Shown here one piece after another: positions 9,227 to 17,384 of a DNA stretch of 64,000 nucleotides. A program made the position numbers and the translations under genes. The DNA is taken from NCBI GenBank assembly GCA_012840125.1, contig DULZ01000092.1, positions 38,284-102,283 on the forward strand, given 5' to 3'. The stretch's first letter is position 1; every line of letters starts with the position of its first letter. The stretch comes from Clostridia bacterium (lineage in GTDB: Bacteria; Bacillota; DULZ01). Under the pieces are notes generated by a model, which was not told the DNA's origin, made no database searches, and was given only the letters and a program-made list of their open reading frames with translations.

Positions 9227-10849
9227 TTGCAATATGGGATCTTGAGCGTCGAACAGCTGAGGCAGGCCTTTCACGGGGCCAAAGCTGTTTTAGGGGCGAA
9301 TAAAGCATACGTCGATTCACTGAATGTATTCCCGGTACCCGATGGGGATACCGGTACCAACATGCACTTAACCCTGTCGGCGGCGGTCCGGGAAATGGAT
9401 AGCCGGGATACAGATAACGTTACGGCCTTGCTGCAGGCCCTTTCCAGCGGTGCTTTAATGGGCGCCAGGGGAAATTCGGGGGTCATTCTTTCTCAATTGT
9501 TTCGCGGCTTTTACCAGGGGGCGGAAAAAGGCGAGTTTGACAGCCGCAGTCTCGCCAACGCTTTCCGGAAAGCGGCGGAGGTAGCCTACCGGTCCGTTAT
9601 CAAGCCGGTGGAAGGGACGATGTTGACCGTTGCCAGGGCTTGTGCCGAAGGGGCCCAGCAAAAGGCCGGTGAAGGAGGAGACTGTTTGGCCGTTTTGGAA
9701 ACGGCTTTGTCTCATGCTGAAGAGGCATTGAAAAACACACCACGATTACTCCCGGTACTGGCGGAAGCGGGGGTGGTAGATGCCGGCGGGCAAGGGCTGG
9801 TGTTTATTATCCGCGGCATGATCGCCGGCCTTAAAGGTGAAGTCGGGCCGGGGGAGGATGCGGGTGTTGCCGGGCAGGTGCCGGCAGCCACGGCTACAAC
9901 CTCTCCTATTAATCTCACTTATCGCTACTGCACCGAATTAATTATCAAGGGACAGGGGCTGAACGGCGAGGGGTTGAAAAAAGAGCTGCTGGAGTTAGGG
10001 GACAGCCTCCTGGTGGTCGGTGACGAGCACATGCTGAAAGTGCACATTCATACTAATCGTCCCGGGCTGGTCCTGGAAAAGGCCGTTGAGCTAGGCACCT
10101 TATTTGATATTAAAATTGACAATATGGAGGAACAACACCGGGAGAGCAAGTTTTTTGAAGAGCCGGCGCCGCCAAGGCCCTTGAAGGAAATGGCCGTCGT
10201 GGCCGTTACCGTGGGTGAAGGGCTGACTACCATTTTACAAAGCTTGGGGGTCGATGTGGTGATTCCCGGTGGACAAACCATGAATCCCAGTACCGAGGAT
10301 TTACTGGCCGGCATTAGAGAAGCGGGCGCAAGGCAAGTGATTGTACTGCCCAACAACAAGAATATTTTCCTGGCGGCAGAGCAAGCAAAAACCCTGGCGG
10401 AACAGGAAGGGATCCAGGCAGCCGTTATACCGGCACGGAATTTCCCCCAAAGTGTAGCGGCTATGCTGTCTTACCACCAGGAGGAGTCTTTGGAAGATAA
10501 CCGGCAGCGGATGACGGAAGCGCTGGATACGGTGAGGACGGGGGAAATCACCTTTGCGGTGCGGGATTCCCAGTATAACGGGTTCAACATCAACAGGGGG
10601 GAGATTCTGGGGCTGGCTGACGGCGAAATCGTAGCCAAAGGAGAGAAAATTGACGAGGTGGCCCTGCATCTCCTGGAGCAGTTGGGAGCAGGAGAATACG
10701 AACTCCTCAGCGTTTATTTCGGGCAGGATGTGACTGAAGAGGATGCTGCCGTACTTCAGGAAACCATTCAAGATAGATTTCCTCAACTAGAGATAGAAAT
10801 GCACAATGGAGGACAGCCCTTGTATTACTATATCTTCGGTTTAGAATAA
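9227..10849 (+). CDS. yloV: DAK2-domain fusion protein YloV (DhaL-like N-domain + DegV-like C-domain)
   Basis: A 540-aa protein with N-terminal DAK2 motifs (DGDTGTNM). The position between asp23 and recG is conserved. TTG start. Confidence 0.85.
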   Translation: MQYGILSVEQLRQAFHGAKAVLGANKAYVDSLNVFPVPDGDTGTNMHLTLSAAVREMDSRDTDNVTALLQALSSGALMGARGNSGVILSQLFRGFYQGAEKGEFDSRSLANAFRKAAEVAYRSVIKPVEGTMLTVARACAEGAQQKAGEGGDCLAVLETALSHAEEALKNTPRLLPVLAEAGVVDAGGQGLVFIIRGMIAGLKGEVGPGEDAGVAGQVPAATATTSPINLTYRYCTELIIKGQGLNGEGLKKELLELGDSLLVVGDEHMLKVHIHTNRPGLVLEKAVELGTLFDIKIDNMEEQHRESKFFEEPAPPRPLKEMAVVAVTVGEGLTTILQSLGVDVVIPGGQTMNPSTEDLLAGIREAGARQVIVLPNNKNIFLAAEQAKTLAEQEGIQAAVIPARNFPQSVAAMLSYHQEESLEDNRQRMTEALDTVRTGEITFAVRDSQYNGFNINRGEILGLADGEIVAKGEKIDEVALHLLEQLGAGEYELLSVYFGQDVTEEDAAVLQETIQDRFPQLEIEMHNGGQPLYYYIFGLE

Positions 10850-10860
10850 GGTGGTCGCAG

Positions 10861-12921
10861 GTGGCAAGTACAGTGCCAACCAATTTGAGCCTGCCGGTGG
10901 AGCGGTTGGCCGGCGTGGGTGCAAGAAGGGCCCAATTACTAAGGCAGCTGGGTATCGCCACAGTGGAGGATTTATTCTATCATTTTCCTATCCGCTATGA
11001 AGACCGCAGCCGGATCATCCCCTTGCGGGACGTGGCCGGCGGGCAGCAGGGAACCTACTGGGGTGTGGTCCGTGAGGTGCAGGAACTGAGGCCGAGGCCC
11101 AAATTGTCGATCCTTAAAGCCTTGCTGGATGACGGTACCGGGCAGGCCTATGCCGTGTGGTTCAACCAGACTTATCTTAAACGCCTGCTGACTGCCGGCA
11201 CGAAGTTGACCGTTTACGGCCGCGGTGTGGCGCGGCCCATGGAAAAGACCATCGTCGTAGGGGATTTCGAGATTGTACCGCCGGCGGAGGAAGTGGAGGT
11301 AGGACAAGGGATCCTTCCCGTATACCCTTTAACGAAAGGGCTGACCCAGCGGTTTATCCGCCAACTGGTGCAGCAGGCCCTGGATAAGTACGCCGGCGAG
11401 ATGCCCGACATTTTACCGGACAGGATCAGGGAATTCTATCGCTTGACCGGCAAAGCTGAGGCTCTTAGGCAGATCCATTGTCCTAAGAGCATTTCTGCTG
11501 CTGAAAGAGGGAGAAAAACCATCGCCTATGAAGAGCTGCTCCTCTGGCAACTGGGACTGTTGAGAGATAAAGCGGTGGCCGGGCAGGAAGAGGGCATTGC
11601 CCATACCCAATCAGGGCCCCTGGTAAGAAAATTCCTGGCTCATTTGCCCTTTTCCCTGACTAGGGCCCAGCAAAGGGTGATGGAAGAAATCTTTCACGAT
11701 ATGGAACAGCCCGTCCCCATGTCCCGCCTGCTGCAGGGAGACGTGGGTTCCGGCAAAACAGTGGTGGCCGTCCTGGCTTTGCTGAAAGCTATTGATAACG
11801 GCTATCAAGGGGCCTTGATGGTTCCGACGGAAATACTGGCAGAGCAGCATTATCTTAACTTTAAGCATTATATGGGTTCCTTGGGTATTAAGATAGCCCT
11901 GGCCACCAGCAGCCTGGTCAGGGAGGAGAAGGAAAAACTAAAGCACGGCTTGGCCGCCGGAGAAATCCAGCTGGTGGTAGGGACCCATGCCCTCATTCAG
12001 GAGGATATTGCTTTTGCCGATTTGGGGCTGGTGGTGATTGATGAGCAGCACCGTTTCGGCGTTGCGCAAAGAGGGAAATTGCTGGCTAAAGGGCAGAAAA
12101 AGCCGGATCTCTTGATTATGACGGCCACACCCATCCCGCGGACCCTGGCCTTAACTTTTTACGGTGATTTGGATTTTTCCGTCATTGATGAGCTTCCTCC
12201 CGGGCGGCAGCCGGTCGTCACCAGGTATGTGCCGGAAAAGAAACGGGAGCAAGCCTATGCTTTCATCCGGCAGCAGTTGGAGCGGGGCAAACAAGCTTAT
12301 ATCGTCTGTCCTCTCATCGATGAGTCGGAGAAAATCTCCGCAGAGGCTGCCACCACTTTATATGAAGAACTGCGCAGGGGTGCTTTTCACCGGTATCGCC
12401 TGGGGCTGGTGCACGGCAGGATGCCCGGTCCCCAGAAAGAGCAGGTGATGGATGGTTTTCGTCGCGGCGAGTTAGATGTATTGGTGGCGACGACGGTGAT
12501 TGAGGTTGGTGTGGATGTCTCTAATGCCACCGTGATTTTAATTACCGGTTGCGAGCGGTTTGGCCTGGCCCAGCTGCATCAATTGCGCGGCCGAGTGGGC
12601 CGCGGTCGGGACCAATCCTACTGCTTGTTGATGGGCAACCTGGCCGGCAAAGAGGCCAAGAGCAGGGTCAAAGCCATGCTGCAATACGCCGACGGTTTTG
12701 CCCTGGCGGAGGAAGACTTGAAGCTCAGGGGCCCCGGCGACTTTTTCGGGGTGCGGCAGCACGGCATGCCGCAATTTAAAGCGGCGGACCTCTTACGGGA
12801 TCACCGGATCATGCAGTTGGCCCAGCGGGATGCCCGGCATATCGTCAGTCATAAACACAAAGCGGAATACCGGCAGCTGCTGGCCTTTGTGCAAGAACAC
12901 TATCGGGAATTCTTGCCTTAA
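10861..12921 (+). CDS. recG: ATP-dependent DNA helicase RecG
   Basis: A 686-aa protein with a wedge domain plus SF2 helicase motifs (GDVGSGKT, DEQHRFG, QLRGRVGRG). Confidence 0.9.
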   Translation: MASTVPTNLSLPVERLAGVGARRAQLLRQLGIATVEDLFYHFPIRYEDRSRIIPLRDVAGGQQGTYWGVVREVQELRPRPKLSILKALLDDGTGQAYAVWFNQTYLKRLLTAGTKLTVYGRGVARPMEKTIVVGDFEIVPPAEEVEVGQGILPVYPLTKGLTQRFIRQLVQQALDKYAGEMPDILPDRIREFYRLTGKAEALRQIHCPKSISAAERGRKTIAYEELLLWQLGLLRDKAVAGQEEGIAHTQSGPLVRKFLAHLPFSLTRAQQRVMEEIFHDMEQPVPMSRLLQGDVGSGKTVVAVLALLKAIDNGYQGALMVPTEILAEQHYLNFKHYMGSLGIKIALATSSLVREEKEKLKHGLAAGEIQLVVGTHALIQEDIAFADLGLVVIDEQHRFGVAQRGKLLAKGQKKPDLLIMTATPIPRTLALTFYGDLDFSVIDELPPGRQPVVTRYVPEKKREQAYAFIRQQLERGKQAYIVCPLIDESEKISAEAATTLYEELRRGAFHRYRLGLVHGRMPGPQKEQVMDGFRRGELDVLVATTVIEVGVDVSNATVILITGCERFGLAQLHQLRGRVGRGRDQSYCLLMGNLAGKEAKSRVKAMLQYADGFALAEEDLKLRGPGDFFGVRQHGMPQFKAADLLRDHRIMQLAQRDARHIVSHKHKAEYRQLLAFVQEHYREFLP

Positions 12922-12929
12922 CGTTTCAA

Positions 12930-12958
12930 AGCTATGCTGCAAAGCATAGTCTTTTTTA
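12930..12958 (+). terminator. intrinsic terminator after recG
   Basis: Hairpin CTATGCT-GCAA-AGCATAG followed by TCTTTTTTATTTT. Confidence 0.7.
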
Positions 12959-13010
12959 TTTTGGTAAAGCTAAAGGTGGATTATAGTTTCAAAAGAAGGA
13001 GGTAACGGTC

Positions 13011-13187
13011 TTGCGGGAACCGAAAAACAAGCAAAATTATCCAAACAAGAGAAAAGAAGGTTACTTCCCGGGCACGGATGAAAGGACCGGCCCATTTGAT
13101 GCGGATTTTGATGATTACAGCGATTATGAGGAAACGCTGGAGTTCTTGAAGACAGGCAAAACTTTGGGTGGGCGCAGGTTCAAGTAG
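13011..13187 (+). CDS. small hypothetical protein (58 aa, TTG start), acidic C-terminal half
   Basis: Not in the ORF track (TTG start). GAAGGAGG RBS 8 nt upstream. It lies between the recG terminator and the SASP gene. No recognisable family. Confidence 0.3.
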   Translation: MREPKNKQNYPNKRKEGYFPGTDERTGPFDADFDDYSDYEETLEFLKTGKTLGGRRFK

Positions 13188-13237
13188 TTTCTTTCCTTGA
13201 AGGTACAAGTCAGGCAAATACTACTAGGGGCATGACA

Positions 13238-13266
13238 GCATAAAAGTAACCTGGAGAGCCATAATA
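13238..13266 (+). promoter_or_regulatory. forespore sigma-G/sigma-F-type promoter (GCATA - 17 nt - CATAATA) upstream of the SASP gene
   Basis: Matches the GhATr-N17/18-CATnnTA consensus known for ssp genes. Read directly from the sequence. Confidence 0.45.
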
Positions 13267-13297
13267 AGACTACAAGAGCAAAGGAGGTGAAACTAGG

Positions 13298-13528
13298 ATG
13301 GCATCCGGACAAAGAAGCAACACAATCGTAGTTCCTCAAGCTCGTCAAGCTATGGACCAGTTGAAGTATGAAACTGCGCAAGAGATCGGCCTCCCGAACT
13401 ACAGGGGCTATCTCGGAGACATTCCTTCCCGCCTGAACGGTGCAGTCGGTGGTAACATGGTTCGTAAGATGATCCAAGCTTACCAGAGCTCTGTTGCTAA
13501 CCAAACCCCCGGGGGCGGGCAGCAGTAA
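13298..13528 (+). CDS. alpha/beta-type small acid-soluble spore protein (SASP)
   Basis: A 76-aa protein with the two conserved SASP blocks (KYE-A-E-G) and the germination-protease cleavage context. Confidence 0.9.
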   Translation: MASGQRSNTIVVPQARQAMDQLKYETAQEIGLPNYRGYLGDIPSRLNGAVGGNMVRKMIQAYQSSVANQTPGGGQQ

Positions 13529-13549
13529 CAAAAGTGAATAACATTTTAT

Positions 13550-13582
13550 CATAGCGAGCCTGCGGGCTCGCTTCGTTTTGCC
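13550..13582 (+). terminator. intrinsic terminator after the SASP gene (convergent with the gpr end)
   Basis: Hairpin AGCGAGCC-TGCG-GGCTCGCT followed by TCGTTTTG. Confidence 0.55.
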
Positions 13583-13599
13583 CCCGGGAAAACAATTCC

Positions 13600-14607
13600 T
13601 TACTGCAGGTATAAAGCATAATCCTGCGGGTTGATTGCCACGTGCAGTGCTTGGTTGAGACCGGAAGCTACGACCTTGGTAGTGCGGGTAATCAACTCAT
13701 CTATTTCCTTGGGAGTAACGGTAAGGCTGGTACCGAAAGAACCCAGCACTTGCTGAATGGATTTTTCCATGTTGTCCTGAGTGATGGATGGCTCCAGGGC
13801 CGGGTTGTTCTCCATTAAGCTGCCGAAGAGCTGAAAGGCCAGTACCAGGGCGTTGACCACGGTGGGGATCCCGACGGCGATGACCGGCACGCCCATGGTT
13901 TGCTGGTTGATGCCTTTCCTCTGGTTGCGGATGCCGGAACCGGGCGATATGCCCGTACTGGCCAGCTGGATGGTGCTGGCAATCCGGTCCACATTTCCTG
14001 CGGCCAGGGCATCGACGGCGATGACCAGTTTAGGTTGTACCTTTTCGATGACACCTTGAATAATCTCGGCCGTTTCGATGCCGGTGATACCCAGCACCCC
14101 CGGGGCCAGGGCGCACACGGGACGAAGCCCGCCGGTCAGCTCTTTTGGAGCCAGTTGAAACATATGCCTGGTCACCAGCATGGTGTTAACCACTTTCGGC
14201 CCTAAAGCATCGGGTGTAGCGTTCCAGTTACCCAGTCCTACCACCAGGATAGGGTCGGCGGGAGTGATATTAAAGCCCGCTATCATGTTTTTCAACGCAT
14301 CGGCAAAAACCCTGGCGATGTTTTTATGGGCGTCCCAGTTATTGTGGCGCAATTCGCCGGATTCAATGGTAACATAGGTGCCTTTGGGACGGCCCATGGA
14401 TTGTTCTCCTTCCTCATTGAGGATGGTGATGGTCGTGACTGTACCGTGGGAAAACCGTGCCTGTTCGTGCCTTACGCCGTGAATCTCCTGCCCCGTACTA
14501 CCCCGCAGCAGGTCATGGGCCTCTACGGCTAAGTCCATGTAAGGAGTCAAGTGTTGCGGCAATCGATAGTTGTTCAATGTCTTCACCTCAACTTTTGTCA
14601 TTTTCAT
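13600..14607 (-). CDS. gpr: germination protease GPR (SASP-degrading endopeptidase)
   Basis: A 335-aa protein that aligns along its length with B. subtilis Gpr (RTDLAVE, VGLGNWN-TPDALGP, LVTRH, APGV-GITGIET, IAVDALAA, GVPVIA-G-PTVV). Confidence 0.9.
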   Translation of the reverse strand: MKMTKVEVKTLNNYRLPQHLTPYMDLAVEAHDLLRGSTGQEIHGVRHEQARFSHGTVTTITILNEEGEQSMGRPKGTYVTIESGELRHNNWDAHKNIARVFADALKNMIAGFNITPADPILVVGLGNWNATPDALGPKVVNTMLVTRHMFQLAPKELTGGLRPVCALAPGVLGITGIETAEIIQGVIEKVQPKLVIAVDALAAGNVDRIASTIQLASTGISPGSGIRNQRKGINQQTMGVPVIAVGIPTVVNALVLAFQLFGSLMENNPALEPSITQDNMEKSIQQVLGSFGTSLTVTPKEIDELITRTTKVVASGLNQALHVAINPQDYALYLQ

Positions 14608-14694
14608 ATTTTCCCAAGGCAGCCATTTCTATTCCTATAGAGGAATTGTTTTTGCAGGTATATAATGGTATAATCTTGCTGAGGTGAAGACGCC

Positions 14695-14862
14695 ATGAAA
14701 GTACGCTGCTCCATTTGCGGTCGTGAGCAGGAAATCTCGAAAATACATAAAGATTACCAGAGGCTGGCCAGGGATCCCCAAGCTGCTTTTGTATGCAATT
14801 TGTGTACCAACCGGGTGCAGTACCAGGCCAGGGAGGCGCAAAAACCGTTACGGCCTGTTTGA
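14695..14862 (+). CDS. small CxxC ... CxxC zinc-ribbon protein (YlaI/DUF2197-like)
   Basis: A 55-aa protein (MKVRCSICGREQEI ... FVCNLCTNR), not in the ORF track. It lies downstream of a TATAAT-rich promoter-like region. Its 3' end overlaps the convergent acs stop by 15 nt. Confidence 0.45.
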   Translation: MKVRCSICGREQEISKIHKDYQRLARDPQAAFVCNLCTNRVQYQAREAQKPLRPV

Positions 14863-16995
14863 TTTTAGAGTGACCAGGGCGTCTACGGCTGTTACGCCTT
14901 GTCCTTGTTCCCCCACGATTAAGGGATTGATTTCCAGTTCCTCGATGATCCCTTCTAAGTCCAGGGCCAGGCGGCTGAGTTTCACTAGCATGTCGATAAG
15001 GGCATCCATATCCGCCGGTCCCAAATTGCGGAAGGACTTTAGTACGGGGAAGCTCTTCAGCCTTGCCAGCAAAGCTTCCGCTTCATACCTGGCCAGGGGA
15101 GGAACGGCGGACACAAAATCCCGCAATACTTCGACAAAAATGCCGCCCATGCCGGCAATCAGGACGTTGCCAAAGGTAACGTCGTTTTTTATGCCCAGAA
15201 TCATTTCTCTTCCCGGCGGGACCATCTCCGCTACCAGTACCCCGTCAATTTGGGCCTGGGGCGCCTTGGTCTTCACCTGCTGCATGATTTGTTCGTAAGC
15301 GGCCAAGACCTCCTCCCGGGTGTTCAGGTTGAGGCGGACACCGCCCACTTCCGTCTTGTGCAGGATGTCAGGCGATAGTATTTTCAGGGCCACCGGGAAG
15401 CCCGTTTGTTCCGCCAGCCTGGCTGCTTCCTCGGCGGAACGGGCCGCCGCCTCCCGGGTCACGGGGATGTCGTAGAGCTTAAGGAGTTCTTTTGCTTCTA
15501 GTTCTGTCAGCTGCCGGCGCCCGATCTTGGCTAGAAACTGTCGCCCTGTACCGGTGCCGGTGGCCTGGACCGGTGTATCCTGCTGCTTGTATCGGATATA
15601 CTGCCGGTGCCGTTCGGCATAGTTGGCCAGGGCGGCCAGGGCTCTTACCCCGTGTTCCACTTGCAGGGCATTGGGTAAACCGGCCTGCTTCATTAATGCC
15701 TGGGTCAGGGCGTGGGCTTGGTCATCATGACTCCAGCCAATGCACATCATGGGCTTGTCGGAAGCCAGGTACGCTGCTTCGAGCTGCTGGATGACGTGCC
15801 CGGCGCCTTCCCCTGCCACGTTAAAGTACAACAGCAGCAAGTCGATGTTGGGATCCTGGAGGACGGCATCCAGGGCTTGTTTTAAGAGCCCTTCTTCCAC
15901 CATGGCCTGGGAAGTCAAGTCCACCGGGTTATTGACTGTGACAAAAGACGGCAGAATGCTTTCCAATGCCCGGCGCGTGGCGGGGGATAACTGGGCCACT
16001 TCCAAGCCGGCCTCTACACACAGATCCGCTAGATAAACGCTGCCTCCACCTGAGGTGGATAGGATACCGATGCGCTTGCCCCGGGGAAATTTCCGGTCGG
16101 CAAACAAATGCAATAATGGAAAAATCTCCTCAATTCCTGTGATGCGGATAATCCCTTTTTGATCAAAGAAGCCTTGATAGATATCGTCATTACCCACCAT
16201 GGAACCGGTGTGGGATTGGGCCGCTTGAGCGGCAGCCTGGTGTTTGCCTACCTTCAGGATAATCAATGGTACTCCCTTAGCCAGCGCGGCATCGGCTATT
16301 TGGCAGAACTCCTTCCCGTTTCTGACCCCTTCCAGGTATGCCCCGATGGCTTTGACATCGGTGCAGTGAATCATGTAGTTGAGAAAATCGGTAAAGCTTA
16401 AATCAGCTTCGTTCCCGGTGCTTACCAGGATCTGGGCGCCCAGGCCCTGTTTTTGCGCTTCCGAATAAGTAATGGTGCCAAACCCGCCGCTTTGGCTGAT
16501 AAAAGCATATGCGTTTTCTTTCACTACTTTTTCCGGATGATGGCTGACGGCAAAATTCGCCATGACCTTGGCCGGGGCATTGACGATGCCCAGGCAGTTT
16601 GGACCGGCAAACCTGATGTTGCCCCTCCGGGCCACGCCGAGCAGCTCTTCCTGCAGCTTCTTGCCTGCAGGTCCTATTTCAGCAAAGCCGGAGGTAAATA
16701 TGATGGCTGTCTTGACACCGGTATCAACACATTCCTGCATCACCGCCAGGATGTCCCTGGCGGGTACCGAGATGATGGCCAGGTCTATGCTGTCATTGAT
16801 AGCGGTTAGACTGGGATAGCACTTAAGCCCATGGATCTCTTGATAACGCGGGTTAACCGGGTAAAGACGGCCCCCATACCCGGCAGAGAGCAAGGAGATC
16901 AGAGGTTGGCCGCCCGGTTTTAACGGATTGGCTGAAGCTCCGACAATGGCAATGCTCTGGGGATTGAACAAATGGTCGAGTTGCTGTACGTCCAT
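14848..16995 (-). CDS. acetyl-CoA synthetase (ADP-forming), fused alpha/beta chain (NDP-forming acyl-CoA synthetase family)
   Basis: A 716-aa protein with an N-terminal CoA-binding domain (IAIVGAS ... GQPL), a succinyl-CoA-synthetase-like ligase domain with a phosphohistidine loop, and a C-terminal ATP-grasp domain. There is no C-terminal GNAT domain. AAGGAGG RBS 6 nt before ATG 16995 (the ORF-track start 17097 is upstream of this RBS). Confidence 0.8.
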   Translation of the reverse strand: MDVQQLDHLFNPQSIAIVGASANPLKPGGQPLISLLSAGYGGRLYPVNPRYQEIHGLKCYPSLTAINDSIDLAIISVPARDILAVMQECVDTGVKTAIIFTSGFAEIGPAGKKLQEELLGVARRGNIRFAGPNCLGIVNAPAKVMANFAVSHHPEKVVKENAYAFISQSGGFGTITYSEAQKQGLGAQILVSTGNEADLSFTDFLNYMIHCTDVKAIGAYLEGVRNGKEFCQIADAALAKGVPLIILKVGKHQAAAQAAQSHTGSMVGNDDIYQGFFDQKGIIRITGIEEIFPLLHLFADRKFPRGKRIGILSTSGGGSVYLADLCVEAGLEVAQLSPATRRALESILPSFVTVNNPVDLTSQAMVEEGLLKQALDAVLQDPNIDLLLLYFNVAGEGAGHVIQQLEAAYLASDKPMMCIGWSHDDQAHALTQALMKQAGLPNALQVEHGVRALAALANYAERHRQYIRYKQQDTPVQATGTGTGRQFLAKIGRRQLTELEAKELLKLYDIPVTREAAARSAEEAARLAEQTGFPVALKILSPDILHKTEVGGVRLNLNTREEVLAAYEQIMQQVKTKAPQAQIDGVLVAEMVPPGREMILGIKNDVTFGNVLIAGMGGIFVEVLRDFVSAVPPLARYEAEALLARLKSFPVLKSFRNLGPADMDALIDMLVKLSRLALDLEGIIEELEINPLIVGEQGQGVTAVDALVTLKSNRP

Positions 16996-17080
16996 AATGT
17001 TCCTCCTTGTAGCACAATTTTGACATGAATAACTATTCAGCATTATCCGGGAATTTCCTGCCGCAAGGAGAAAACTGTCG

Positions 17081-17113
17081 AAAAAACAAAAAAGCACCGC
17101 TTGACGGCGGTGC
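17081..17113 (-). terminator. minus-strand intrinsic terminator lying ~85 nt UPSTREAM of the acs start (leader attenuator or sRNA 3' end)
   Basis: Minus-strand RNA reads GCACCGC-CGUCAA-GCGGUGC followed by UUUUUUGUUUUUU. No minus-strand gene lies upstream to be terminated. Confidence 0.55.
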
Positions 17114-17334
17114 CGGTTGACGTTGCCCTACAGGCGCTAGGTACCTTTTGACGCCTGTAGGGACTGGGAGAGGAGAAACCGGAGGAAGAGCTCATGGGGG
17201 AGGGTTATTAAGTAATAACCACTAAGCTCTTCTGTAAAGCGCTTTACCAGTAATTATTATGGGCTGTTCATGTCAATAATATTCAGGGCAGGGAAAAATT
17301 TTTTGTGGATTTGACGATATTTGCGGTAAGGAAC

Positions 17335-17363
17335 TCAATTGCCATGACAGGATATGCTATAAT
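17335..17363 (+). promoter_or_regulatory. candidate rsmD promoter with an extended -10 (TGcTATAAT) and a weak -35
   Basis: TGCTATAAT at 17355-17363, 22 nt upstream of the rsmD ATG. Confidence 0.35.
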
Positions 17364-17384
17364 AGCTGTGGGTGGATATGGAAA

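Noticed and set aside
17203-17247. Perfect palindromes (18 bp and 14 bp) interpreted as DNA operators for the divergent rsmD promoter.
   Set aside because: Operator function is not excluded, but the region is co-linear with a minus-strand terminator and further hairpins. The palindromes are therefore more simply explained as stems of a single structured minus-strand RNA (see the first finding).
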